From positions 1 to 51,983 of the forward strand of contig DUEW01000002.1 in assembly GCA_011174845.1 (NCBI GenBank): a stretch of DNA of 51,983 nucleotides, read 5' to 3'. The translations under genes were made by a program, and so were the position numbers. Positions 27,592 to 36,904 of this stretch are shown one piece after another. Below the pieces are notes generated by a model. It was not told the origin of the DNA, did no database searches, and was given only the letters and a program-made list of their open reading frames with translations. Numbering within the stretch: position 1 is the first letter of the stretch; every line of letters begins with the position of its first letter. Source of the stretch: Anaerolineae bacterium (GTDB lineage Bacteria; Chloroflexota; Anaerolineae; Anaerolineales; E44-bin32).

Positions 27592-28737
27592 CTATAACTG
27601 CTTTTCATACAGTCGATGTGTCCTGTAAACCTCTCCACCTAGAAGCTGAATTGAGCGGTTCATCATATCATTGTTCTCGAGAATCCAGCTCATCTCTGCC
27701 CACTCGTACCCCTTTCGAGCGGCGTTCTTGGCGGTCTCGAGATACATCATAGCGTCGACGCCTAACCCCCGATATTCGGGCATCACTCCTAGGGCGAATA
27801 CCCGTACCCATGCGATGTCACGTCGCACCTTCCAATGCCAAACTAATTTCAGCATGGTCAAGATCTCGGGAAAACCAGGTCGAGGATAGGCTTTGTGCAG
27901 AGGTTGGCATAGATCCGGCAGGGACAACGCCACACCGATGACCTCGCCCTCACTTTCTACCATTAACACAAGATCTGGGTCGAGCATCGATTTAAGCTGC
28001 GCTGCCATGTGTTCAATCTCAGGGTCCGTCATGGGTACGAATCCCCAATTACGCTCCCAGGATTTGTTGTAAACACGTTTGAAGCGCTCGACTTCCTGGT
28101 CGAAATCCTTCATATTAATGTTTCGGACGATGAGATTTCGACGCGTTTTTACCTTCTCGACTACGCGCAACAGCTTAGATGGAATATTGTTAATGAAATC
28201 CTCCATCTTCACTTTATATGACCACAAGTCCATGGCCTTCTGGTATCCAGCCGCTTCGACGTAGTCCATATATCGAGGCGGATTGTAGGGCATAAGAACG
28301 CGCGGCACGCCATCAAAACCATCTACTAGCATCCCAACCTCGTCATTCGTTGAGAATTGTGCGGGACCCAAGAGGGAGTCGTGTCCCGCATGTGTGGCAT
28401 ACTCCTCTGCTTTCCTAAGTAGTACCAAGGCTGCCTCTTCATCCTCTAAGACCTCGAAAAAACCGAAGAAACCTGTGTTCACCCCTTGAAATTCGTTGTA
28501 CCGATCGTTGGTGAATGCAGCGATTGTGCCAACAATCTTGGGCCCTCGATGTGCTAAGTAGTATTCAGCAGTCGCGTGTTGAAAAAATGGATTGTGCTCC
28601 GGATCGAGGAACTCAACCCGTTCGGAGATGATGGGCGGTACCCAATAGCGATTCTCGCGGTAGACCTCCCATGGGAAGTGGATGAAATCGATTAAATCAT
28701 CCTGGCTTCGAACTTGAGTAAGTCTTAACTCCGTCAT
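27592..28737 (-). CDS. GNAT-fold protein of the YghO/bacterial ceramide synthase (bCerS)-like family
   Basis: WVPP, NPFF.HA, GFFGFFE, GP..FSTNDEVGMLVDGFD, MPYNP, GV.PEYRGLG, EMSWILENN; GGAGG RBS before ATG 28737. Confidence 0.75.
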   Translation of the reverse strand: MTELRLTQVRSQDDLIDFIHFPWEVYRENRYWVPPIISERVEFLDPEHNPFFQHATAEYYLAHRGPKIVGTIAAFTNDRYNEFQGVNTGFFGFFEVLEDEEAALVLLRKAEEYATHAGHDSLLGPAQFSTNDEVGMLVDGFDGVPRVLMPYNPPRYMDYVEAAGYQKAMDLWSYKVKMEDFINNIPSKLLRVVEKVKTRRNLIVRNINMKDFDQEVERFKRVYNKSWERNWGFVPMTDPEIEHMAAQLKSMLDPDLVLMVESEGEVIGVALSLPDLCQPLHKAYPRPGFPEILTMLKLVWHWKVRRDIAWVRVFALGVMPEYRGLGVDAMMYLETAKNAARKGYEWAEMSWILENNDMMNRSIQLLGGEVYRTHRLYEKQL

Positions 28738-28791
28738 GTGAATCCTCCATACATCTGGCACATGATTATATATCTTGGCAAGGTTCTTTAA

Positions 28792-29772
28792 CTAAAGCAT
28801 CCCTTGTTCCATGTACCAATCATAGGCCTCCTGAGCGGCTTGACGAAATGGGAGCGGTTCTGGTAAATCGAGTTCCTGCTGTGCTTTGGATGTATCGTAA
28901 TAGAGATGATGTCGGCTGAGGCGTAATTGGGTGCTGTTGAAGGGGAGGGTGACCAATGGACGCACCCAATTTATTATCGTCGCGGCTGGCTCGATCAACC
29001 AGCCGGGGATTTTCAACCAAGGCCGGCGTCTGCCAACGATCTCGGTCAGGATGGTGAAGGCTTTGCGATGAGGAAGATTTTCGCCTCCGAGGATGTAACG
29101 TTCACCGGACCGGCCATGACGAGCAGCAGAGAGGTGACCCGTAACTACGTCTGTGACATGAATATAGTTATCACCGCCATCTATCCAGAAAAAACCCCAT
29201 CCCTTGGCAGCTTCAATCACCATCGTTCCACTGATACGGTTTAAGTCGCCTGGACCTAACACGATCGAAGGGTTGAGGATGACAAGCTCTAAACCGCGCT
29301 CTGCGATTTTAAGAGCCTCGATCTCAGCCTGATACTTTGAGTAGCCGTACGTGAACTGATTCGGGGGCAGGTTGAACTTGTGGTCTTCGTTTAATAGTTC
29401 TCCCCGCGTTGGAACTCCCAACGCAGCAGATGAGCTTGTAAGCATGACGCGTTCTACTTGGGCTTCTCTGGCAGTTAGCATTACATTACGAGTGCCTTCG
29501 ATAGCTGTCCGTAATACGAGTTCTGGATAGCGCCAATAATCTGATTGAGCAGCTGTGTGGAACACCCAATCCACGCCCTCGAACGCGGATCGCAGAGTTT
29601 CCGGTTCCAGGATGTCTCCGACGACTCGCTCGAGGGGCAAACCCTCCAATGCTGTGAGTGAGGAAGTTTTCCGATGTAATGCACGCACGGTGTAACCGTG
29701 CGTGACCAAAGCCCGGCATAGAGCCGAACCTATGAAACCGGTCGACCCTGTGACGAGAGCCGTCTTAGTCAA
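28792..29772 (-). CDS. Extended SDR, NAD-dependent epimerase/dehydratase family (HpnA/DFR-like); candidate 3-keto-ceramide or 3-ketosphinganine reductase
   Basis: VTGSTGFIG, TSS, YGYSK, GERYILGGEN; overlaps the spt-like stop codon. Confidence 0.75.
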   Translation of the reverse strand: MTKTALVTGSTGFIGSALCRALVTHGYTVRALHRKTSSLTALEGLPLERVVGDILEPETLRSAFEGVDWVFHTAAQSDYWRYPELVLRTAIEGTRNVMLTAREAQVERVMLTSSSAALGVPTRGELLNEDHKFNLPPNQFTYGYSKYQAEIEALKIAERGLELVILNPSIVLGPGDLNRISGTMVIEAAKGWGFFWIDGGDNYIHVTDVVTGHLSAARHGRSGERYILGGENLPHRKAFTILTEIVGRRRPWLKIPGWLIEPAATIINWVRPLVTLPFNSTQLRLSRHHLYYDTSKAQQELDLPEPLPFRQAAQEAYDWYMEQGML

Positions 29773-30946
29773 TCAATCCCAACTCCTGACCGACTTCGCC
29801 CAAGATATTCAAGGCGCGATCGATTTGCTCGTCGGTGTGAGTGGCCATATAGCTAGTGCGTAGTAAGCATTGGTCTGGGGGAACCGCAGGGTCCACAACC
29901 GCGTTGGTATAAAGACCTGCCTCGAAACACATCTTCCAAGCTATGAATGTCTCTCTCATCCCTCCGATGATGATGGGGATAATGGGTGTAACGCTCGGGC
30001 CGGTGTTGAATCCCATGGCTTTTAGACCAGTTCGCATACGCTCGGTGACTTCCCAAAGACGCTCGCAATGTTCGGGTTCGTTTTCCATGATGTCCAGCGC
30101 AGCAAGCACCGTCGCTACATTGGAGGCTGGCATCGAAGCGCTGAATATCAGCGAGCGAGCGGTGTGTTGGATGTAGTGAAGTGTGTCTCTATCACCCGCG
30201 ATGAACCCTCCTAACGAAGCGAAGGATTTGCTGAAGGTCCCCATGATCAAGTCCACCTGATCGGTGACCCCAAAGTGAGCCGATGTACCGTGCCCATTTC
30301 CCATGACACCAAAGCTGTGTGCATCATCAACCATCAGACGGGCGCTGTATTTCTGGCAGATGGGAATAATTTCGGGCAAGGGTGCTAAGTCACCTCCCAT
30401 GCTATAGACACCATCCACGATCACTAATCGTCCTGCTTTCTCATTGACCTTGCTTAACACACGCTCGAGATGCTCGATATCGTTGTGGGAGAAACGCCGT
30501 ATTTCGCCTAAAGAGAGCATACATCCATCAACGATACTTGCGTGGTCATCCTTATCCGTTACGACCACATCGCCACGTCCAACGATGGAAGAAATCACAC
30601 CCAGGTTGACCTGATAGCCCGTGCTAAATACGAGGGCCACCTCTTTACCCACAAAGGTTGCCAAACGTTCTTCCAACTCCTTGTGGAGAGCAAGGGTGCC
30701 ATTGAGAAAACGAGAGCCTGTACAACTGGTGCCGAAACGTTTGATGGCATCAATGGCCGCTTGTCGAACTCGTGGATCGGTGGTCAACCCGAGATAGTTA
30801 TTGGAGCCGATCATGAGAATTTTACGCCCATCGATGACTACCTCCGTACCCTCCGTGTCTTCAAGCGGTAAAAAATAGGGGTAGAGGCCGGCTTCCTGCA
30901 TCTCTCGTGCTCTAACAAATTGGTCGCACTTCTCGAAGATATCCAT
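29765..30946 (-). CDS. spt: PLP-dependent alpha-oxoamine synthase, serine palmitoyltransferase-like
   Basis: GLYPYF, GSNNYLGLT, GTSCTGSRFLNGT, DHASI, GTFSKSFASLGG (TFSKS rather than the TLGK/TFGK typical of Kbl/BioF). Confidence 0.75.
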   Translation of the reverse strand: MDIFEKCDQFVRAREMQEAGLYPYFLPLEDTEGTEVVIDGRKILMIGSNNYLGLTTDPRVRQAAIDAIKRFGTSCTGSRFLNGTLALHKELEERLATFVGKEVALVFSTGYQVNLGVISSIVGRGDVVVTDKDDHASIVDGCMLSLGEIRRFSHNDIEHLERVLSKVNEKAGRLVIVDGVYSMGGDLAPLPEIIPICQKYSARLMVDDAHSFGVMGNGHGTSAHFGVTDQVDLIMGTFSKSFASLGGFIAGDRDTLHYIQHTARSLIFSASMPASNVATVLAALDIMENEPEHCERLWEVTERMRTGLKAMGFNTGPSVTPIIPIIIGGMRETFIAWKMCFEAGLYTNAVVDPAVPPDQCLLRTSYMATHTDEQIDRALNILGEVGQELGLID

Positions 30947-31461
30947 TTCCATTTCCAATCAGCATTCTGGAGTTCTTACAATGCATAACACCTCGCTCAC
31001 GCCTACGTTTTGCCCCCATCACAAATTGGCACTTCCCGAGGTGGCTTAACTGAGCCATTGATGATTGTACCAAGAAAGGTCCTTAATGCTAATCTCCGTC
31101 TTAGTTAACACCTTCTCCGGTACCGATGGATCGTTGATTGGATCGGGTGCTGAGAAATTCTCAGAAGGCGACATCGATCGGGTCTGACAATTGCGGAGAT
31201 CAATTACATGTTTGCAATGATCCCGATCGCTTGGTTGAAGCTTCTAAACCGGTAATTAGTCTATTAAAAGTTTGTAGAGGCAATTCATGCAGTCTCGCAC
31301 CGGCGTGCCGCCGGTTTTCGCGGCACGGACGGTGAATTGCCCCTACCAAATTAAGGAGCCTATATCGGTTATGTGATGGAATTTTTAATTATACAATTAC
31401 GAGTCTGTGAGAGATTGGTCTCAAGATTGTGATCTCAGCAGATAATGGAAGGGAGAGATCA

Positions 31462-32439
31462 ATGGCGCTACGACAACTTGGATGGACGAACCTTCAACTA
31501 ACGACCATCGGATTGGGGACTTGGGCGCTTGGGGGAGGGGAATGGCGATGGGGATGGGGACCGCAGGATGACCAAGAATCTAGAATCACCATTCAACGAG
31601 CCCTCGATCTTGGGATTAACTGGATCGACACCGCGGCGGTATATGGTCTGGGTCGATCGGAGGAGGTCATCGGGAAAACGCTTCAGGGGATGGTTAAAAA
31701 GCCCGTCATCGCTACCAAGTGCAGCTTGGTGTGGGATGAGGATAGGATGATATCCAACAGCCTTAAGAGGGGGAGTGTTCGACAAGAGGCAGAGGATTCC
31801 TTAAGGAGGCTAGGCGTAGAAGCGATTGACTTGTACCAGATCCATTGGCCAGACCCCGAGCAGGAGATCGAAGAAGGGTGGGGGACAATTGCCGATCTGA
31901 TCAAGGAAGGCAAAATCCGCTACGCCGGCGTATCTAATTTTAATGTCGAGCAGCTCAAACGCATACAGCCCATTCATCGAGTGGCCTCCCTCCAACCGCC
32001 TTACAGCATACTAAGACGGGGGATCGAGGATGAGATTCTCGATTACTGTTCGAATCATGATATCGGAGTGATCGTATACAGCCCCATGCAGAAAGGGATC
32101 TTGACGGACAAGTTCTCGAAGGATTGGGCTCAAAACCTGCCGGATAGCGACCATCGTGCTCGCGATTCGCGATTTCAGGAGCCAGAGCTGAGCGTGAATG
32201 TCGAATTTGTCAAGAGGTTAAGCGAGATGGCCAAGGATAAGGGTAAAACCGTCGCCCAGCTTGCCATCGCTTGGACTCTTCGTCGTCCAGAGGTAACCGC
32301 GGCGATCGTTGGAGCGAGGAAACCACATCAGATCGAAGAAACCGTCCACGCTGGCGAATGGGAGCTCGATAAAAACGAGATCGAGCAGATCGATGAACTG
32401 CTCGAGGCGCGATCCGATGCGCTTGAGAAAGTCAAATAA
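31462..32439 (+). CDS. Aldo/keto reductase
   Basis: IGLGTW, DTAAVYG, ATK, IDLYQIHWP, GVSNF, YSPM. Confidence 0.92.
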   Translation: MALRQLGWTNLQLTTIGLGTWALGGGEWRWGWGPQDDQESRITIQRALDLGINWIDTAAVYGLGRSEEVIGKTLQGMVKKPVIATKCSLVWDEDRMISNSLKRGSVRQEAEDSLRRLGVEAIDLYQIHWPDPEQEIEEGWGTIADLIKEGKIRYAGVSNFNVEQLKRIQPIHRVASLQPPYSILRRGIEDEILDYCSNHDIGVIVYSPMQKGILTDKFSKDWAQNLPDSDHRARDSRFQEPELSVNVEFVKRLSEMAKDKGKTVAQLAIAWTLRRPEVTAAIVGARKPHQIEETVHAGEWELDKNEIEQIDELLEARSDALEKVK

Positions 32440-32584
32440 TTCCTTCTGACGGACTTTTCATATGGATTGATCACAACCTATGTTGATGGTATTCGAGGTG
32501 TAGATCTATCGAATGTCTTGGGAAGAATTGCCAGGCGCGGAAAGTTCGATATCCGTTCAGTCAATCCAAGTATTGTGAAACAAG

Positions 32585-32621
32585 AAAACTCACGGTTTTG
32601 ATATAAAAAACCGTGAGTTTT
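32585..32621. terminator. Bidirectional intrinsic terminator between AKR and tRNA-Pro
   Basis: AAAACTCACGGTTTT-7 nt-AAAACCGTGAGTTTT perfect inverted repeat. Confidence 0.8.
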
Positions 32622-32625
32622 GCAG

Positions 32626-32700
32626 TCGGGGCGGGCTGATTTGAACCGCCGACCTCACGGACCCGAACCGTGCGCTCTAACCGGGCTGAGCCACGCCCCG
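32626..32700 (-). tRNA. tRNA-Pro (anticodon CGG)
   Basis: CGGGGCGTGGCTCAG...CACGG-TTCGGGT-CCGTG...GGTTCAAATC...CGCCCCGA; CCA not encoded. Confidence 0.92.
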
Positions 32701-32711
32701 ATGGCGGCGGG

Positions 32712-32740
32712 ATTATACTTCAGACCCCACCATACTTCAA
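32712..32740 (-). promoter_or_regulatory. Putative stable-RNA promoter of tRNA-Pro
   Basis: TTGAAG-17 nt-TATAAT followed by a GC-rich discriminator (CCCGCCGCC) on the minus strand. Confidence 0.65.
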
Positions 32741-32880
32741 TCTGGATACAATCTTACCGTGCATGCTGAAAAAAGCAACCTAGAATTATGTGAAGCATGA
32801 TCCGTGAGATTCTCCACAACGAACTTTCAGTCGACTCGTTACAATCCTTCGACCACCGATAAAATCTTGGAAGAGAAAAA

Positions 32881-33097
32881 TGTAACCGCACCCTTTAGGG
32901 TGCACAGAGATGCGCAGGCTAAAGCCTGCGGCTACACGTGGGCTTATGGGACGGAGAGTGTTGTAGCCGCACCCTTTAGGGTGCGCAGAGATGCGCAGGA
33001 TAATGCCTGCGGCTACATGTGGGCTCAGTGGACGAGAGTGTTGTAGCCGCACCCTTTGAGGTGCGCAGAGATGCGCAGGTTGAAGCCTGCGGCTACA
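32881..33097. repeat. Array 1 of REP-like double-hairpin elements (3 x 56 bp; 32881-32936, 32962-33017, 33042-33097)
   Basis: Consensus TGTAGCCGCACCCTTTAGGGTGCG-CAGAGATG-CGCAGGCTAAAGCCTGCGGCTACA; similar 24-25 nt linkers. Confidence 0.88.
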
Positions 33098-33209
33098 AGA
33101 CATAGTAATCCTTTAAAGACCTTCAATGGACTCCTCCCCGAAGGTCTCTAATTCGTTGGGAGTTTCTTCTCCAAGGCACCCTCTTTTCGATGGTTGGCCA
33201 TAAAATGAA

Positions 33210-33236
33210 CAAAGGGTTGCTCCTTTTGGACAACCC
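33210..33236 (-). terminator. Putative terminator downstream of the histidine kinase
   Basis: GGGTTGTCC-AAAA-GGAGCAACCC followed by TTTGTT on the minus strand. Confidence 0.5.
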
Positions 33237-33286
33237 CAGATGCTACTTTCCCGTTCTTACCTTTGTTCTGTTTACGTGTAGGGTGA

Positions 33287-34567
33287 TTAACTTGTTATAA
33301 ACACCTTCGCTGCCGCTGAAGCACGACGTTCATCCACTGGAAGCATGAAACAGAATAAACTCCCTACGCCCTCCTTGCTCTCGCACCAAATTTGCCCATT
33401 ATGCATCTCGACCATGGATTTCGCGATAGAGAGGCCAAGTCCCATCCCCCCATGTTTACGTGTGAGATGAGATTCGACTTGATAGAACCGATCAAACACA
33501 CGATCGATGTCATCCTTGGGGATGCCAATCCCGGTGTCCACGACGAAGACTTTCACGTATCCTGAAGCTTCTTCCGCTTTGACTCCTACTTGACCCTCAG
33601 GATCCGTGAAGATGATCGCGTTCTGGACAAGGTTGGCCAACGCAACGTCGATCTTCTCTCGGTCACCATCCACCACGAGAGGGCTTTCATCAGGGATGTC
33701 GTAACTCAATTCAATGTTCTTCTTCTCCGCGGCTTCTTTAAAGCGTCCTACGATGTCTTCGATGACTTGACCCATCGAAAATGGCGCTCTACGAACCCGT
33801 GACTGCCCTTCATCTCTATGGGCGATGGTTGCCATGTCCTCGATGATGGTCTTCAAGCGCATCGCGCTGCGGATGATCACTTCCATCTGATCATCAAATT
33901 TCTCTCCGACTTGTTCCTTGAGGAAAGTTGAATGACCAAGTATTAATCCGAGGGGTGTGCGCAGTTCATGAGAAGCAATCGCGATGAAGTCCGATTTCAT
34001 CCTGTCCAATCGGCGCAGATCTTCATTTGCAATTTGAAGATCTTGAAGCAGCCTGGCATTTACGATCGCGATCGCAGCTTGAGAGGCCAGTGTCTCTAGA
34101 ATCGCAAGGTCATCTTCGGTATAATTACGCTGTTCTAGCTTGTTAACCGACTCGAGTACACCGATTGGTTCGTCTCTGATGATCAATGGGACGCCTAGGA
34201 TGGATCGAGTGTGGAAGTCGATTGTACGATCGACCTCGCGGTAGATACGGGGATCGTTGGTAGCGTCTTGAATGACCATCGGACGACAATTCTTAAAGAT
34301 CCAACCAGCGATGCTCGAATCTAGGGGGACGCTGACTTGGCTCAGTGAATCTTGTTGGTAACCGGGTGCTGCCTCAAAGCGTAATTCACCCGTGGCCGGA
34401 TCATGCAGAAGGATCGACGCCGCTTCGCTTTGTGTCAGCTCACATGCGACCTCAACGATCATTTGCAACAGGTCTTGAAGGTCGAGTGTCGATGTCAGGT
34501 TGCGGCTGATCTCAAGCAAGCGTTCGAGGCGTTGGGTTGTTGTTCGGAAGGCAGGCTTCTTAGCCAT
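33287..34567 (-). CDS. Cytoplasmic GAF-domain sensor histidine kinase
   Basis: GAF (SILGVPL, NK, YTEDD), ASHELRTPL H-box, NLVQNA, DTGIGI, FDRFYQ, GMGLGL. Confidence 0.93.
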   Translation of the reverse strand: MAKKPAFRTTTQRLERLLEISRNLTSTLDLQDLLQMIVEVACELTQSEAASILLHDPATGELRFEAAPGYQQDSLSQVSVPLDSSIAGWIFKNCRPMVIQDATNDPRIYREVDRTIDFHTRSILGVPLIIRDEPIGVLESVNKLEQRNYTEDDLAILETLASQAAIAIVNARLLQDLQIANEDLRRLDRMKSDFIAIASHELRTPLGLILGHSTFLKEQVGEKFDDQMEVIIRSAMRLKTIIEDMATIAHRDEGQSRVRRAPFSMGQVIEDIVGRFKEAAEKKNIELSYDIPDESPLVVDGDREKIDVALANLVQNAIIFTDPEGQVGVKAEEASGYVKVFVVDTGIGIPKDDIDRVFDRFYQVESHLTRKHGGMGLGLSIAKSMVEMHNGQIWCESKEGVGSLFCFMLPVDERRASAAAKVFITS

Positions 34568-34696
34568 CCGGCACGTCCTTCTCTTTAGAATGATTTTAGC
34601 ACAGCCACAACGCGTAGCAAGGTACTATAGTCTTACGCAAGTGTTTAATACCTTCGAGTAGAAGCCATTCGTCAAATCATCACCAAGGAGGCATGT

Positions 34697-35791
34697 ATGC
34701 CGGCGAGCAAGAAAGTGAAAGTGGCAATCATCGGTGTGGGAAATTGTGCGTCGTCTCTCGTCCAGGGAGTCCATTATTATCGGAATGCCAAACCCACAGA
34801 CCATGTGCCCGGGTTGATGCACGTCGATCTAGGCGGTTATCACATTCGAGATATCCAATTTACTGCCGCATTCGATGTGGTTAAGGGCAAAGTGGGATTG
34901 GATCTAAGCGAAGCACTTTTCGCACATCCCAACAACACGATAAAGTTTGCTGACGTCCCTAACCTCGGCATTCCGGTCCATCGCGGCATGACCCACGATG
35001 GGATAGGGAAATATTTGTCCGAGGTGGTAGAGAAGGCTCCAGGACCGACGGATGACATCATTGGCATTCTGAAGGATACCAAAACCGATGTGGTCATTAG
35101 CTTCCTTCCTGTGGGCGCAGAGATGGCGACCAAATGGTATGTTGAGCAAGTGCTGGAAGCGGGATGTGCTTTTGTCAACTGCGTCCCGGTCTTTATCGCC
35201 AGCTCTGAGTATTGGGCGGGTCGATTTCAAGAGCGGGGGCTTCCAATCATCGGCGATGATATCAAGAGTCAGGTCGGCGCCACTATCACCCATAGGGTTC
35301 TCACCTCTCTATTCAACGATCGTGGTGTACACCTCGATCGCACTTACCAGCTTAATTTTGGTGGCAATATGGACTTTTTCAATATGCTCGAGCGTGAGCG
35401 ATTGCAATCGAAGAAGATATCCAAGACGGGCGCAGTGACCAGCTTGATTCCTTACACAATGAGTATGGAAGATATTCATGTTGGTCCTAGCGACTATGTC
35501 CCCTGGCTGACAGATCGTAAATGGTGCTACATCCGTATGGAGGGCACGACATTTGGGGATGTGCCGCTCAATCTTGAACTTAAATTAGAGGTGTGGGATT
35601 CCCCAAATTCAGCCGGTGTGGTGATCGATGCCGTCCGCTGTGCGAAAATAGCATTGAACCGTAAGTTGGCCGGACCCATTGTGGCACCTTCTGCGTATTT
35701 CATGAAAACACCACCAAAGCAATTTACCGATGATGTGGCTCGACAAATGACCGAGGATTTCATCATCGCAGAAGTATCATCGGACGATTGA
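34697..35791 (+). CDS. ino1: myo-Inositol-1(3)-phosphate synthase
   Basis: [46 protein letters not shown]. Confidence 0.93.
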   Translation: MPASKKVKVAIIGVGNCASSLVQGVHYYRNAKPTDHVPGLMHVDLGGYHIRDIQFTAAFDVVKGKVGLDLSEALFAHPNNTIKFADVPNLGIPVHRGMTHDGIGKYLSEVVEKAPGPTDDIIGILKDTKTDVVISFLPVGAEMATKWYVEQVLEAGCAFVNCVPVFIASSEYWAGRFQERGLPIIGDDIKSQVGATITHRVLTSLFNDRGVHLDRTYQLNFGGNMDFFNMLERERLQSKKISKTGAVTSLIPYTMSMEDIHVGPSDYVPWLTDRKWCYIRMEGTTFGDVPLNLELKLEVWDSPNSAGVVIDAVRCAKIALNRKLAGPIVAPSAYFMKTPPKQFTDDVARQMTEDFIIAEVSSDD

Positions 35792-35908
35792 TAGGTTCAA
35801 CTTCGCTCATCGGGTGACCTTTTAGTGGGTCCTTGGTTTATTCCCTCAGTTGGCAAGATGGATGGTCGTTCAACATTTACTCAATAGCTGCTTTTCGAGG
35901 AGGGTGGA

Positions 35909-36904
35909 TTGAAGGCCGTTTGGTTAGAAAAGCCTGAACCGATAGAGCGATCTCCCTTAAAATTAATCGAATTGCCCCGACCCATCGTTGAGTCGGGGCA
36001 ATTACTACTTCGCGTTCGAGCTTGTGGTGTATGTCATACCGATCTGCATACGGTCGAGGGTGATCTCGTTGCCCCAAGCTACCCAATCGTTCCTGGGCAT
36101 CAGGTTGTCGGTGTGGTTGAGGAACTCGGGGATGGTGTCGAGAGTTGGGTCGTTGGAGACCGGGTCGGTGTACCGTGGTTGTATCGCGCATGTGGTGGCT
36201 GCAAGCACTGCCTCAGAGGCGATGAGAACCTGTGTGAACAAGCTCAATTTACTGGTTTTCACGTCGACGGGGGCTATGCCGAGTACATAGTAGCAGATGC
36301 TCGATATGCTCTCCCGTTGCCAGAGGGGCTGAGTGACGAAGCGATGGCCCCCCTTCTATGCGCGGGGATCATCGGTTATCGATCCCTTCACAGGTCCGAC
36401 TTGCAGCCGGGTGAACGATTGGGGTTGGTAGGCTTTGGTGCTAGTGCTCATTTGGCAATCCAAATCGCGGTTTATTGGGGATGTGAGGTCTATGTTTTTA
36501 CGCGCAGCGAGGGTCATCGTCAACTTGCACGGGAACTGGGCGCTACTTGGGTTGGTGGATCGGAGGATCGCGCGCCTGAAGCACTAGACCGAGCAATCCT
36601 TTTTGCTCCGGTTGGAGATCTGGTGCCCATTGTGCTCAAGAAGCTGCGGCCAGGCGGAACCCTCGCCATTAACGCCATCCATCTCAGCCCGATCCCGGAA
36701 ATGGAATATCGGTTGATTTACGGAGAGCGTACTTTACGCAGCGTGGCGAATGCTACATATCGAGATGGTGTAGAGTTTCTTCAATTGGCTAACGAGATAC
36801 CAGTGAAAGCGAGTACGCAAACCTATCCTCTCGAGGATGCTAATCAAGCGCTGAGTGATCTAAAGAACAGCCGCATCGACGGCGCGGGAGTGTTGCTGCC
36901 ATGA
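35909..36904 (+). CDS. Zn-dependent alcohol dehydrogenase family protein
   Basis: CGVCHTD, PGHQ, GVPWL..CG.C..C, APLLCAG, GFGASAH; TTG start. Confidence 0.9.
   Translation: MKAVWLEKPEPIERSPLKLIELPRPIVESGQLLLRVRACGVCHTDLHTVEGDLVAPSYPIVPGHQVVGVVEELGDGVESWVVGDRVGVPWLYRACGGCKHCLRGDENLCEQAQFTGFHVDGGYAEYIVADARYALPLPEGLSDEAMAPLLCAGIIGYRSLHRSDLQPGERLGLVGFGASAHLAIQIAVYWGCEVYVFTRSEGHRQLARELGATWVGGSEDRAPEALDRAILFAPVGDLVPIVLKKLRPGGTLAINAIHLSPIPEMEYRLIYGERTLRSVANATYRDGVEFLQLANEIPVKASTQTYPLEDANQALSDLKNSRIDGAGVLLP

Noticed and set aside
32881-33097. CRISPR array
   Set aside because: Repeats are 56 bp with two hairpins, linkers are similar to each other rather than unique, and no cas genes are present
32786-33103. 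ORFs of 105 and 80 aa over repeat array 1 (and similar ORFs over array 2)
   Set aside because: They are translations of the palindromic repeats (HPKGCGY-type peptides) with no independent coding evidence
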